The translations under genes were made by a program, and so were the position numbers. A stretch of DNA of 64,000 bases, taken from Deltaproteobacteria bacterium (GTDB lineage Bacteria; Bdellovibrionota_B; Oligoflexia; Oligoflexales; CAIYRB01). The stretch lies in contig VGTI01000008.1 of assembly GCA_016874735.1 (NCBI GenBank), positions 18,636-82,635 on the forward strand, in the 5' to 3' direction. Every line of letters starts with the position of its first letter. Position 1 is the stretch's first letter. Below, in pieces: positions 46,896 to 57,352 of the stretch. The notes beneath the pieces are model-generated. The model ran no database searches. It was given only the letters and a program-made list of their open reading frames with translations, and was not told where the DNA came from.

Positions 46896-48611
46896 ATGAC
46901 GGCAGCTACTGGTGCGCGACGGCATTTTGCCCTGACAGAAAATCTGATCGGCTACGGTACGATACTTTTGATCTTGGGCGTCCTTGTGGCGTTCTTGATC
47001 GCACCAGTGGCGGTGATTCTGGTCAAAGCGTTCCGTGGTCCGGACGGTTTCACGCTCGAGTACTTCCAACTCCTCTTTCAAAATGAACTGCACATGGAGG
47101 CAACGGTTAATAGCCTCGCCTTGGGTCTGGTGACAGTTCTGGCAACAACGGTGATTGCGCTACCCCTCGCCTTGGTAAACGCCAAACTGGAGTTTCCAGG
47201 TAAAACGCTATTAACTGGTCTCCTCCTGATGCCGATGGTCATGCCGCCTTTTGTTGGCGCTATTGGCATTCAACGTTTTTTTGCCCGCCGCGGAGTCGTC
47301 AACCTGTTCCTGATGGAGTTTGGACTCACCGATGCGCCTATTGAGTGGCTTGAGGGCTCGAGAATCTTTTGGGCGGTAGCACTTTTAGAGGCTCTTCACC
47401 TCTATCCCATTCTGTATCTCAACTTAACAAGCGCTCTCGCCAACATCGATCCCAGTCTGGATGATGTCGCCGATACTCTCGGTGTCAGTAAATGGAAGCG
47501 GCTCAAGGACATCACCTGGCCACTTGCGCGACCTGGTTATTTTGCTGGTGCGATCATCGTCTTCATCTGGGCCTTCACCGATCTAGGGACGCCGCTCTTG
47601 GTCGGATACCAGCAAGCTTTGCCTGTGCGCATCTTCAACATGATCAGTGACGTCAACGAGAACCCCATGGGCTTTGCCTTGGTGGTCCTAGTCATTGTGA
47701 TGACTTTGGTGATCTTCTTTGTCTCGAAGCTGGCGCTGTCTGGCCGCAAGTACGAAATGATGGCGCGCGGTCACGTGACCAATCGGGTGCAGAAACTTAA
47801 TTTCGTTGGCGCCCTACCATGCTACTTACTACTTGGTTTTGTGATCCTACTAGCTGTGACACCGCACCTCAGCGTGGCGCTTACAAGCTTTAGCGACAAC
47901 TGGTTTATGACTATCCTGCCCGAACACTATACCCTTGAGCACTACCATCAAGTTCTAGCCACTGAACTACCCATGATTGGGATCAAAAACAGCCTCCTGT
48001 TCTCTGGCCTATCGACACTCGTGGATTTGTTCTTGGGCGTTCTGGTTGCCTATGTGATCGCCCGCAAGATTGTGCCGTTCACAGGATTGCTTGAGGGCGT
48101 GACCATGATGCCTCTAGCTCTGCCTGGCATTGTCCTCGCCTTTGGTTATGTAGTCACGTTCACGGGCACACCGCTTGATCCCTTTATAAACCCGATGACC
48201 CTACTCATCATTGCCTACGCTATCCGGCGCCTGCCCTACATGGTGCGCGCGGCGACAGCTGGACTCATGCAAACCAGTCGCAGCCTGGAAGAGGCCTCGA
48301 TGGTGTTCGGCGCCAGCCGCTTCATGACGCTACGCCGCATCACGGTGCCGCTGATTGCTGCTAACTTGGTGGCAGGGTGCCTCCTATGTTTTGCCTATGC
48401 CATGCTCGATGTGAGCGATAGCTTGATCTTGGCCATGAAGGATCAGTACTATCCCTTAACCAAGGCAATTTACGCCCTATTTCTAGAGCAGGGCAGCGGC
48501 GAACTCACGGCTTCGGCGCTGGGTGTCCTGGGTATGATCCTACTGGCAATTTGCCTTTTAGGGGCTTCACGGGTCCTCGGCAAGAAGATGGGTGAGCTCT
48601 TTCGCAGTTAA
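46896..48611 (+). CDS. ABC transporter permease, duplicated (two MetI-like domains, FbpB-type)
   Basis: 571 aa, about 12 TM, with two EAA-like loops (LDDVADTLGVSKW..., LEEASMVFGASRF...). Confidence 0.85.
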   Translation: MTAATGARRHFALTENLIGYGTILLILGVLVAFLIAPVAVILVKAFRGPDGFTLEYFQLLFQNELHMEATVNSLALGLVTVLATTVIALPLALVNAKLEFPGKTLLTGLLLMPMVMPPFVGAIGIQRFFARRGVVNLFLMEFGLTDAPIEWLEGSRIFWAVALLEALHLYPILYLNLTSALANIDPSLDDVADTLGVSKWKRLKDITWPLARPGYFAGAIIVFIWAFTDLGTPLLVGYQQALPVRIFNMISDVNENPMGFALVVLVIVMTLVIFFVSKLALSGRKYEMMARGHVTNRVQKLNFVGALPCYLLLGFVILLAVTPHLSVALTSFSDNWFMTILPEHYTLEHYHQVLATELPMIGIKNSLLFSGLSTLVDLFLGVLVAYVIARKIVPFTGLLEGVTMMPLALPGIVLAFGYVVTFTGTPLDPFINPMTLLIIAYAIRRLPYMVRAATAGLMQTSRSLEEASMVFGASRFMTLRRITVPLIAANLVAGCLLCFAYAMLDVSDSLILAMKDQYYPLTKAIYALFLEQGSGELTASALGVLGMILLAICLLGASRVLGKKMGELFRS

Positions 48612-49580
48612 GTGACCAGAGAGGGGCCGAACTTGAGTCAGGTTCGCTATCAGCGCTACACGTGGGCGGTACTGGGTTACACGATCCTAGTGATCATGTG
48701 GGGCGCTTTTGTCCGTGCCACCGGATCCGGTGCTGGCTGCGGCGAGCATTGGCCGCTATGTAACGGCGTCGTTGTTCCCCGCACGCCAGCGCTTGAAACG
48801 ATCATTGAACTGAGCCACCGCCTCACCAGTGGCCTCACGCTGCTTGCGGTTGGCTTTTTGGTCGTTTGGAGCTTTCGGCGCTTTCCACGCGGCCACGCGC
48901 TGCGTCAGGGTAGCGTCTTAAGCGCGGTTTTTTTGGTACTAGAAGCGGCAGTTGGTGCTGGCTTAGTGCTTGCCGCATTGGTTAAGGACAATGCATCGCT
49001 CCTACGGGCTGTTGTGATCAGCTTGCACTTGCTAAACACGTTTCTCCTCGTTGGCTGTCTGACTTATGTCAGTTGGTATGCAACCAGCGGGCGCCGCGAG
49101 CGGTTCAGGATCACGGTGCGTGACTGGCGACGCCCCGCGGTTCTCGGCGGTCTCGTACTTTTTGTCGTCGTGGGATCGTCCGGCGCGGTTGTCGCCCTCG
49201 GTGACACCCTGTTTCCTGCCACATCCTTGAGCGCCGGGTTGCAACAGGACTTCGACCCCACCGCGCATTTCCTGCTGCGGCTTCGCGTCGTCCACCCACT
49301 GCTCGCCATGGCCACCAGTGTGTACTGGATCGTGACCTGTCAGGTGCTGCGCGCTCAGGGCCTTGCCGGCCGCGTGGAAACGCTCACGAGACTTGCTAGT
49401 TTGGCTGTGACCGTTCAGATCATCATTGGCGGTCTTAACTTAGTTCTCCTGGCGCCGACAGCCATGCAGCTAATCCACCTGATTTTGGCCGACATCACCT
49501 GGGTCGTTCTGGTGATCCTCGCCATCGAAGTACTCGCTCCCCGCAGCGCGGACAGTGATCACGCATTTGTGGTAAATTGA
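48612..49580 (+). CDS. ctaA: COX15/CtaA-family protein (heme A synthase-like)
   Basis: GAFVRATGSGAGCGEHWPLCNG, ELSHRL, and four TM-embedded His (HRL, LHLLN, VHPLL, IHLIL). GTG start immediately after the permease stop. Confidence 0.7.
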   Translation: MTREGPNLSQVRYQRYTWAVLGYTILVIMWGAFVRATGSGAGCGEHWPLCNGVVVPRTPALETIIELSHRLTSGLTLLAVGFLVVWSFRRFPRGHALRQGSVLSAVFLVLEAAVGAGLVLAALVKDNASLLRAVVISLHLLNTFLLVGCLTYVSWYATSGRRERFRITVRDWRRPAVLGGLVLFVVVGSSGAVVALGDTLFPATSLSAGLQQDFDPTAHFLLRLRVVHPLLAMATSVYWIVTCQVLRAQGLAGRVETLTRLASLAVTVQIIIGGLNLVLLAPTAMQLIHLILADITWVVLVILAIEVLAPRSADSDHAFVVN

Positions 49581-49658
49581 TCCAAACACGCAAAGTGGAT
49601 GCCTAGAATTTCCCCCAGCTCTGAGGCTAGGCTCTTTTGCTTACTTGAGGGGATCATC

Positions 49659-51281
49659 ATGAACCGTTGGACTTTGCTATCGGCGGCGACCATCACGCTG
49701 GCACTTTCGGCCTGCAAGACGACGAGGCCCGCCGGCGCCTCTAGTACCGCTAGCGTCAGTGGACCTGAAAATCCCTACTGCAAATCTCTAGGGCTACCGA
49801 CAAAACCTCTGGTGACGGTCTCAGAAAATGCTGCCCTTGGTGCTATTGCGGCCGACTTTCAGCTGCCAACGACCACGGGGGATTTTGTGTTCTCTAAGGC
49901 CTATACGGGCTGCGACAACTATCTGATCGTCCAGGACTTGCCGCGGCAGACGCGCGAATTCAAAACGCCGCTTTGGTTACGCGATGGACCGGCACTGTTA
50001 AAATCTTTGCCGAAAAACACGCATGTATTTTTTATTTCGATGGCGCGAGAGGACGAGCTGCGCCAACTATCCCTGCAATCGATCATGGATAATGTCAACG
50101 GCGCATTAAATGGCATGACAGCTGCCGATGCCGATCACTGGCGCTCCCATCTACACTATGTCACGGTGCCCATAGCCTCAGTGAAAGGCTGGCTAGGCGA
50201 GGCGCTTGCAAATCCAGGTTGGGGCATAGGAATTGATAGGTTCCAAAAAATTCGTTATGTCGGCAACTACAGCGACCCGCATCGGTTTGAACCAAGCCTG
50301 GATGATTTCGGTCCCAATCTCGCTATGCTGGCGAACGAATCGATCTACTACAACTTTGAAGCCAAACGAGAGGCCGCCCTCGCGGCTGAGGATGCTCTCG
50401 TGGTCCCTGTATTCAAGGGTGAATCCGTCGTGGAAAAACAAGACCGCATCTACGCTGACATCGAACTCCCCGATGCCAGCAAGATGGCAAGTTTCGACGG
50501 CCTAGAGCTAGACTTAACGGCTGAATGTAAGGGTAGCGCCGAGGTCGGAGAATGCCCGGCTTGGGACGAGGCTCTCGTCTTTTACGTTTGCGACAAAGAC
50601 AAGCCGGACAATTGCAACACAGAAATCGGGCGCTGGATTTCGACTTATCACCGGATCGGGCGTTGGGTGCATGATGTCACACCATTTTTACCGCTGCTCA
50701 AAGACGGGGGTAAAAGACGCTTCTCCTTTAAGTTTGGCCAGCCGTACGAAATGCACCTGAACCTGCGTTTGGTCAAAAAAGCAGAGGCGATTAAGCCGGT
50801 TGCGACGACCATCCTCTTTCAAGAGACCTTCGGCGCCAACTTTGATCAAAACTACAACAAGAAACGCCCAGCCGTGAAGGCACTCATACCAGCCAGCGCC
50901 AAACGCGTCGAACTTGTCACCGTGATCACCGGACACGGCATGCAGGAGCCCGGCAACTGTGCTGAGTTTTGTGACACAACCCACCGGTTTTACGTCAATG
51001 GCTCAAAGATCGAGCGTAGTTTTCCCGAAACCGCCGACGAATACAACTGCATGAAAGAAGTGAAAAACGGCACCGTACCCAATCAATTCGGTACCTGGTG
51101 GTACGGGCGTAGCGGCTGGTGTCCGGGACGCGAAGTCCAAGCAGTGCGCCACGACGTGACTAGTTTGGCTCAACTAGGGCGCGAAAACGAATTTCGCTAT
51201 GAGGGACTCTTTCACGGGGAGCCTTACCCCGCAGCCGGGGCGGGATTTCTGCTAACGGCAGCCGTGGTCGTATACGAGTGA
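49659..51281 (+). CDS. lipoprotein with a PNGase F-like (peptide-N-glycanase) C-terminal double beta-sandwich
   Basis: Lipobox ALSAC after ATG 49659 (GAGGGG RBS). CPAWDE...EIGRWISTY and ITGHG...CAEFC..TH...RSGWCPGREV parallel CDEWD...EIGRFITPY and SGWGH...CAEWC..TH...RAGWCPGMAV of Elizabethkingia PNGase F, as I recall it. Confidence 0.55.
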   Translation: MNRWTLLSAATITLALSACKTTRPAGASSTASVSGPENPYCKSLGLPTKPLVTVSENAALGAIAADFQLPTTTGDFVFSKAYTGCDNYLIVQDLPRQTREFKTPLWLRDGPALLKSLPKNTHVFFISMAREDELRQLSLQSIMDNVNGALNGMTAADADHWRSHLHYVTVPIASVKGWLGEALANPGWGIGIDRFQKIRYVGNYSDPHRFEPSLDDFGPNLAMLANESIYYNFEAKREAALAAEDALVVPVFKGESVVEKQDRIYADIELPDASKMASFDGLELDLTAECKGSAEVGECPAWDEALVFYVCDKDKPDNCNTEIGRWISTYHRIGRWVHDVTPFLPLLKDGGKRRFSFKFGQPYEMHLNLRLVKKAEAIKPVATTILFQETFGANFDQNYNKKRPAVKALIPASAKRVELVTVITGHGMQEPGNCAEFCDTTHRFYVNGSKIERSFPETADEYNCMKEVKNGTVPNQFGTWWYGRSGWCPGREVQAVRHDVTSLAQLGRENEFRYEGLFHGEPYPAAGAGFLLTAAVVVYE

Positions 51282-51338
51282 ATGTGGCAAGAAAAATAAC
51301 CCACCGACATAATTGAATAAAACCCATCATGACAGCGT

Positions 51339-51370
51339 CCTCTTGACCGGCCACGGGGTCAGAGGTTATT
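51339..51370 (+). terminator. candidate terminator after the PNGase F-like gene
   Basis: CCTCT(T)GACC ... GGTCAGAGG 9-bp stem with a 1-nt bulge, followed by TTATT. Confidence 0.3.
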
Positions 51371-51515
51371 AACTAAGTGATACACTAGTTTCGGTTTAGA
51401 GGATGCTGTAGTCGTCCCCCCAAGTTGTAAATTCCGCTCGGTTGCTAACAACTAAACAGGTACTAATGCGTATCGTTCGTTTGAGTCAACAGCACAACAC
51501 CGATGAGATTACTCT

Positions 51516-53273
51516 ATGCTATCTAAGCTCATGCTTAAGACATTGCTCCTTTCTCAGCAGCTTTTTGCAGGTGAGCCTGCACTATCTCCTGAGAGACTAA
51601 AGCTGGAGCTGCAAGAGGCCAATTACTTCTCGAACGATCCTGCGACGTTTGTTACCGTTTGTGACGGAGCGGAATGCCAATCTGCTGCCGAGGGTTACAC
51701 GCGTATCGATCGTCAAGAGCAAGTGACCTTAGACAACCTAGTCACGGTCGGCAGCAATTCGAAATACATCACTGCAGTCATGATTTTGAAGTTAGTGGAT
51801 CAAGGCTTAGTCAAGCTCAGCGACAAGCTGACCGATTTCTTCCCCGAATATTCCCAATGGGGCGCGGTTACGGTTCGTGATTTGCTGAATCAGTCGTCTG
51901 GGATTCCCGAGTATGTCTTCAGCAAAGAGGGCGTAAACCGCATCCTCCGCAGTGCTTTCAACTGGCACTCACGCAAGTGGAAGCCACGGGACATTGTGCA
52001 CGCCGTCGCTAAGATGCCCTCGCTATTCCCAGTGGGCACCAAGGTCGAGTACAACAATACCAACTACGTGCTTCTCGGCATGATCGCTGAAAAAGTCAGC
52101 GGTATGCCACTGGACGAACTACTAAGGACGCAGCTGTTTGAACCACTGGGCATGCAGTCTACTTATCTTTCCCTGCCCCAAGACCTGAAGAAACTGCGCG
52201 TGTCAGGATACATGGTGGCGAACCTTCCGTTTCCCGGTTGGTTCATCAATGCATTTTCGCGCAAGATTAAAAAAATCGGTCCCTATCTCGATACCACCAA
52301 TTTATTCGACAGCTCTTTTGTTTGGGCAGCCGGTGGCATCGTCTCTAATACCAGCGATCTGGCACGTTTGACTTACGCCCTGTTTCACGGAGATATCTTA
52401 AGTCCAGAAACACTCGCTGCTATGAAGACGACCCGCCTAGGCACAGTGCTTGGTATGCCACTACAGTATGGCCTTGGGTTGATGAAAACTCCGTCCAGCA
52501 TCGGCGATGGGTACGGTCACGGCGGCCTGACACCCGGCTACCAAACAATCACCAATTTTTATCCTGAAAAAAATCTGACCATCAGCATGTCCCGCAATAT
52601 GGGACCCTCACAACTTTACTCTGTGTACTATGACTTCCTGTCACGCCTGTATACACCTGACGATAACAAGCCGTTCGTAGAACTCGACGCGGTCAATAAG
52701 AACAATCTGGGAGACAACGGCGTCCACGTGCGTCTCAAGGGACATATCGCCGAGGACGGCGCCGCCAACATCATGATCCGTGATGCTTACGGTTATGCGG
52801 AATTGAAAGAGCACGGCAAATCATCACTGCCGTACTCTAGTTTCGATGCTGTAGCGACTAGGTCCACTGGTGGTCGTGAACTGGAGCTGAGGTTGAAGGG
52901 CAGTCTCTCCTTTCTCGATAGACAGGCTGAGGAGGCAGTTAAGCTACCGTTCCTTACGGTCGTGATCAATCAAGACGATCTACCCAGCGGTACCGCTCCC
53001 CTCATGGAGACAACGACCACGACGAGTGTTTTCGCCTTTAAGGGCACGGCGACGGTAATGCCTAACGGGGCTGAAGAGGTGTGTGTGACCGATGTCATCG
53101 ACGAAACAGTGACGACGGCTCTGCAAATCGAAGGTGCTGGAGACCAGGGATTTGTAACGCGCGATAGCATCAAACTGGTCGGTAACATCCCCCTGCGCAA
53201 GGTGGGTAAAGACGAGATCGTATCAGAATTGGAGAGGCGCCACTTGCGGCTCTGCTCTAACGCATCACGCTAG
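51516..53273 (+). CDS. beta-lactamase-fold serine hydrolase (class C/DD-peptidase family) with a ~200-aa C-terminal extension
   Basis: SxxK (GSNSKYIT), YxN (EYNNTNY), HGG (GYGHGG) motifs in the canonical order. Confidence 0.75.
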   Translation: MLSKLMLKTLLLSQQLFAGEPALSPERLKLELQEANYFSNDPATFVTVCDGAECQSAAEGYTRIDRQEQVTLDNLVTVGSNSKYITAVMILKLVDQGLVKLSDKLTDFFPEYSQWGAVTVRDLLNQSSGIPEYVFSKEGVNRILRSAFNWHSRKWKPRDIVHAVAKMPSLFPVGTKVEYNNTNYVLLGMIAEKVSGMPLDELLRTQLFEPLGMQSTYLSLPQDLKKLRVSGYMVANLPFPGWFINAFSRKIKKIGPYLDTTNLFDSSFVWAAGGIVSNTSDLARLTYALFHGDILSPETLAAMKTTRLGTVLGMPLQYGLGLMKTPSSIGDGYGHGGLTPGYQTITNFYPEKNLTISMSRNMGPSQLYSVYYDFLSRLYTPDDNKPFVELDAVNKNNLGDNGVHVRLKGHIAEDGAANIMIRDAYGYAELKEHGKSSLPYSSFDAVATRSTGGRELELRLKGSLSFLDRQAEEAVKLPFLTVVINQDDLPSGTAPLMETTTTTSVFAFKGTATVMPNGAEEVCVTDVIDETVTTALQIEGAGDQGFVTRDSIKLVGNIPLRKVGKDEIVSELERRHLRLCSNASR

Positions 53274-54030
53274 CAAGAGACTTCATCATCAAACGACTGG
53301 GCACCATCTTGCCGGCGATCGTGCCCAGTTTATTGACACCTCCGGTGATGCACACTTCGCGACGGTCAAACATCGCTGCAATTCCAAGTCGGGCAACGGC
53401 ATCAGCAGACATGAAGAGCTTCTTTAAATCTTCTGTCGTCACCGACGCTTTGTTATCGAAAAAGTTTGTTGCCGTTGGTCCGGGACACACCGCCGTCGAG
53501 CTTACACCGTGGGTACTGTACTCAAAGTTCAACGTTTTAGAAAAACTGACGACTAGACTCTTGGTCCCGGCATAAAGCCCATAGAAAGGCAGAGGCTGAA
53601 AGGCCGCTGTCGATGCCACTTGCATGATATAACCGTGCTTACGTTCAACCATGCGCTGACCGTAGAGGTAGGACAGCTGCACCAGAGCCTCGACATTCAG
53701 CCGCAGCATTTTAATTTGCGCGGCTAAATCAGTTTCGAGAAAGCGACCATGGCAGCCAATGCCCGCATTATTGACCAGAACCTCAGGAACAATGCCTTGC
53801 TCATCGGTGAATCTCGCTAGCTGCTCAGGTGCAGCCTCGAGGCTCAAATCAAGCGGCATCACCTGGACCTCAATGCCGGACTTTTCCCAGGCGTTCTTTA
53901 AGGAACTCAGCGCCGTTTCCGAACGCGCCACCAAGACCAAATTGTAGCTATGTTGTTCAGCAAGCTGCTGCGCAATGGCGCGTCCGATTCCTGCGGTTGC
54001 CCCGGTGACGATAGCCCACTTCTTGGTCAT
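53257..54030 (-). CDS. short-chain dehydrogenase/reductase (SDR)
   Basis: TGATAGIGRA cofactor motif, NNAG, YAGTK catalytic motif. ATG 54030 is preceded by GGAG; the ORF opens at 54063. Confidence 0.85.
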   Translation of the reverse strand: MTKKWAIVTGATAGIGRAIAQQLAEQHSYNLVLVARSETALSSLKNAWEKSGIEVQVMPLDLSLEAAPEQLARFTDEQGIVPEVLVNNAGIGCHGRFLETDLAAQIKMLRLNVEALVQLSYLYGQRMVERKHGYIMQVASTAAFQPLPFYGLYAGTKSLVVSFSKTLNFEYSTHGVSSTAVCPGPTATNFFDNKASVTTEDLKKLFMSADAVARLGIAAMFDRREVCITGGVNKLGTIAGKMVPSRLMMKSLASVMR

Positions 54031-54218
54031 GGATGGCTCCATTAGCTGCATGTTATAACCCACCTAAAGAATACAAACCACTGTAATCCATGTAACTTTA
54101 ACATAAGATGGGACCTTTTTTAAGGCGCGTTCTCAAGTTAACCAAAGTTAAGCCGATGACAAGGTCGAGCAAAGGCAACCCCCAACCTGGACCCCCTTCG
54201 CTCAAAGCGAGTTAGTGG

Positions 54219-55373
54219 ATGGGCAGCAAAAAGAAAAATACTGGTCTGATCCTCACCGGTGGCGGCGCTCGCGGCGCCTACCAGGCCGGTGTGCTCCAAG
54301 GCATAGCCGAAATAGCCAAGGCGCGGACGCAGACACTCCCTTGCGACATTATTTCCGGTGCCAGTGCTGGAGCCCTGAATGTGGGATTTATCTCTGCTAC
54401 TGCTGATAATTTTAGTCGGGCAGCACGGCAACTTTCCGCTTTTTGGAGTACTCTTAAGGCCGAAAGCGTCTTTCGTACGGACGTCCGCTCCCTAGGCCGC
54501 ATCGGTGTCAACTGGGCAACCGACCTCACACTCGGCAATGTGCGAAAGCGCAAACAAGCGGTATCGCTTGTGGATACGACACCGCTCAAGGCCCTTATCG
54601 CCAGTCGCGTTCCGTTTAACGGTATCACCAAACATCTGAGTAGTGGGATCTTAAACGCCGTCGAAGTGTCCGCCCTCGATTACACAACCTCCGAGAATGT
54701 CTCTTTTATCATGTCGCGCCAGCCGCGCGCTGCCTGGGTGCACCCAAGGCGAAGGTCTGCATTCACGAAAATCAAAGCCGACCACCTTATAGCTTCGGCA
54801 TCCATTCCCCTACTATTTCCACCCATCGAGGTAGAATCCCGCTTTTATGGTGACGGCTGCGTGCGTAACCCCGCACCTTTAAGCCCGGCCATTCGGCTTG
54901 GAGCCCGGCGCCTGCTGATTGTTGGGGTACGTCACGGGCGCAATCACCACATCGACCGTACCGATCTCGGCGCAACCGACCGGCCAACCATCGCGCGTAT
55001 CCTAGGGGTCGTACTGAATGCCCTCGTGATGGACACGGTCGAATACGACATCGACCGCCTGACCCGCATGAATAAAATGGTGGAGAGTGTACCGCCGGAA
55101 CTACGTGAGCAGTTGCCACTGAAACAAATCGATTGCCTCGCTATACAGCCGTCGGCCGACGTGGGCGAAATTGCTGGTCAGCATTTCAAGCGGCTTCCGA
55201 CCATACTGCAGTATCTGATTGGCGGTATGGGTAACGCCGTCGAGGCTGCCGAGCTCGCTAGCTATCTCCTGTTTGAGCCAGCATTCTGCTCCTATCTTAC
55301 AGAGTTAGGACGCCAGGATGCACATAACCGTAAAGACGAGATTGAGGACTATCTGTTTGGTGGCGCGCGCTGA
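54219..55373 (+). CDS. patatin-like phospholipase
   Basis: GGGARGAYQAGV oxyanion motif, GASAGA nucleophile elbow, DGC-type Asp (YGDGCV). Confidence 0.85.
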   Translation: MGSKKKNTGLILTGGGARGAYQAGVLQGIAEIAKARTQTLPCDIISGASAGALNVGFISATADNFSRAARQLSAFWSTLKAESVFRTDVRSLGRIGVNWATDLTLGNVRKRKQAVSLVDTTPLKALIASRVPFNGITKHLSSGILNAVEVSALDYTTSENVSFIMSRQPRAAWVHPRRRSAFTKIKADHLIASASIPLLFPPIEVESRFYGDGCVRNPAPLSPAIRLGARRLLIVGVRHGRNHHIDRTDLGATDRPTIARILGVVLNALVMDTVEYDIDRLTRMNKMVESVPPELREQLPLKQIDCLAIQPSADVGEIAGQHFKRLPTILQYLIGGMGNAVEAAELASYLLFEPAFCSYLTELGRQDAHNRKDEIEDYLFGGAR

Positions 55374-55446
55374 TTTTTGGTTGCACAGGTAGCCCAGCTA
55401 GCGTAGGTACCGCAGAGCCATCATTACGGCCAATGAGGATACCACT

Positions 55447-57327
55447 ATGCACCACGACGAGGCGCGAGCCTGGCTTCGCGATGTTTATCAGGGCGACCAG
55501 GTACGCCAATTATCAGTCAGATCCGTAGTTAGCGGCATGCTTATCGGCGCCATTATGTCGATTTCCAACTTATACGTCGGGCTTAAGACAGGCTGGGGAC
55601 TAGGCGTCACCATCACGGCTTGCATCATTGCTTACGGTGTCTTCCGCGCATTGGAAGCCGTGGTGCCCCATTATCGGCGCAATCCTTTTTCCATTCTAGA
55701 AAACAACACCATGTCCAGCGCTGCCAGCGCAGCAGGTTATATCGCCTCGGCTGGCCTAACCTCCGCCTTCCCGGCGCTCTATTTGACAACTGGGCGCCTG
55801 CTGACCTGGTGGGAGATGATTGGCTGGCTACTCTCCATCTCGATTCTTGGCGTATTCATGGCGGTGCCACTTAAGCGGCAGTTGATCAACATCGACAAGC
55901 TACCCTTTCCGTCGGGGATTGCCACGGCGGAGACGCTGCGGTCTATGCACTCAGCGGGCGCAGAATCTCTGGGCAAGGCACGCTCACTCGTTTGGGGTGC
56001 CGGCATCGGTGCCATCGTCGCGTTCTGGCGCGACGGCCTCGGACAATTTGGCGCTTGGCTCGCCACCAAACTTGATCGTCCCTCACTCAAGGAGACGCTC
56101 GAAAACGCTGCGTTCCCCGAGCATGTGCCGCTCTTTCCTGGCGGCGGTACTCTCCTCGAACGCTACTCGATCGGCCTTGAGGGCTCGTTGATTATGATTG
56201 CGGCAGGAGCCATCATGGGAATCCGCGTCGGCGTCTCCCTGCTGCTTGGATCGGCACTGTGCTACTGCGTCATTGCTCCCATGCTACTCGCCGACAACAT
56301 CGTCGAGCCTGGCTACAAGGGCATAGTCTCGTGGACTCTGTGGCCATCGACAGCGTTGATGGTGACCTCCAGTATGGTATCTTTGGGCCTTAAATGGCGC
56401 ACAATCCTGCGCGCACTCTCGGGACTGAAGGCAGCTTTTAACAAAGACTCGGGTCCGGTCGATCCCTTGGCACACATCGAAGTGCCGACGTCCTGGTTTG
56501 TGTGGGGCACCCTGATTGCAGGAGGTGCCTCCGTCTATCTGGGCCATGCGTGGTTTGGTATCGCGTGGTGGATGGGTATTCTAGCCGTTGTGATGACCTT
56601 TTTTCTAGCTATCGTGGCGGCGCGTGCAACTGGTGAGACGGATGTTACGCCGATTGGCGCGATGGGTAAAATCACCCAGTTATCCTACGGCATCATCGCT
56701 CCCTCGAACATGAGCACCAACCTCATGACGGCATCGATCACTGCGGGAGCGTCATCACACGCTGCCGACCTGCTGACCGATCTCAAATCAGGCTATTTGC
56801 TGGGTGCGAACCCGCGGCAGCAAACGATCGCTCAGCTCTTTGGTGTCGTTGCTGGTAGCTTACTGGCAGTGCCGGTCTATACCATCGTCGTTAAGCCCGA
56901 GCTGCTGGGTACCGCGGCTATGCCGGCCCCATCCGCAAAAGTTTGGGCTGGTGTTGCCGAAATGCTGGCTAAGGGCGTTAGCTCTCTGCCGGCTGGGGCG
57001 CTGGCCGCCATGATCGTTGGCGCTTTGCTTGGCGTGTTCCTGGCTCTTGGCGAAGCCTACCTGCCAGAGCGTTACCGCAAGTGGCTACCTTCGGCAACTG
57101 GACTAGGTATCGCTGGCGTCATCCCTGCCTTTAACTGCCTTTCGATGTTTATCGGCAGCTTCCTAGCCTGGCGTCTGATGAAGAAGAAACCAGAGACAGC
57201 GGATCGTTACTTAGTCACCGTATCGTCTGGTCTCATCGCAGGCGAATCGCTTATGGGTGTCGCCATCATTCTGGCAGCTCAGGGTGGCGGCATGATCCAA
57301 GAGATCATGAAGGCAATCAACGGCTGA
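55447..57327 (+). CDS. OPT-family oligopeptide transporter
   Basis: 626 aa with about 16 TM. Blocks LPFPSGIATAETL and RATGETDVTPIGAMGK are typical of bacterial OPT proteins. Confidence 0.8.
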   Translation: MHHDEARAWLRDVYQGDQVRQLSVRSVVSGMLIGAIMSISNLYVGLKTGWGLGVTITACIIAYGVFRALEAVVPHYRRNPFSILENNTMSSAASAAGYIASAGLTSAFPALYLTTGRLLTWWEMIGWLLSISILGVFMAVPLKRQLINIDKLPFPSGIATAETLRSMHSAGAESLGKARSLVWGAGIGAIVAFWRDGLGQFGAWLATKLDRPSLKETLENAAFPEHVPLFPGGGTLLERYSIGLEGSLIMIAAGAIMGIRVGVSLLLGSALCYCVIAPMLLADNIVEPGYKGIVSWTLWPSTALMVTSSMVSLGLKWRTILRALSGLKAAFNKDSGPVDPLAHIEVPTSWFVWGTLIAGGASVYLGHAWFGIAWWMGILAVVMTFFLAIVAARATGETDVTPIGAMGKITQLSYGIIAPSNMSTNLMTASITAGASSHAADLLTDLKSGYLLGANPRQQTIAQLFGVVAGSLLAVPVYTIVVKPELLGTAAMPAPSAKVWAGVAEMLAKGVSSLPAGALAAMIVGALLGVFLALGEAYLPERYRKWLPSATGLGIAGVIPAFNCLSMFIGSFLAWRLMKKKPETADRYLVTVSSGLIAGESLMGVAIILAAQGGGMIQEIMKAING

Positions 57328-57352
57328 GTCACTGCACCAGTGCTGGCTAACT

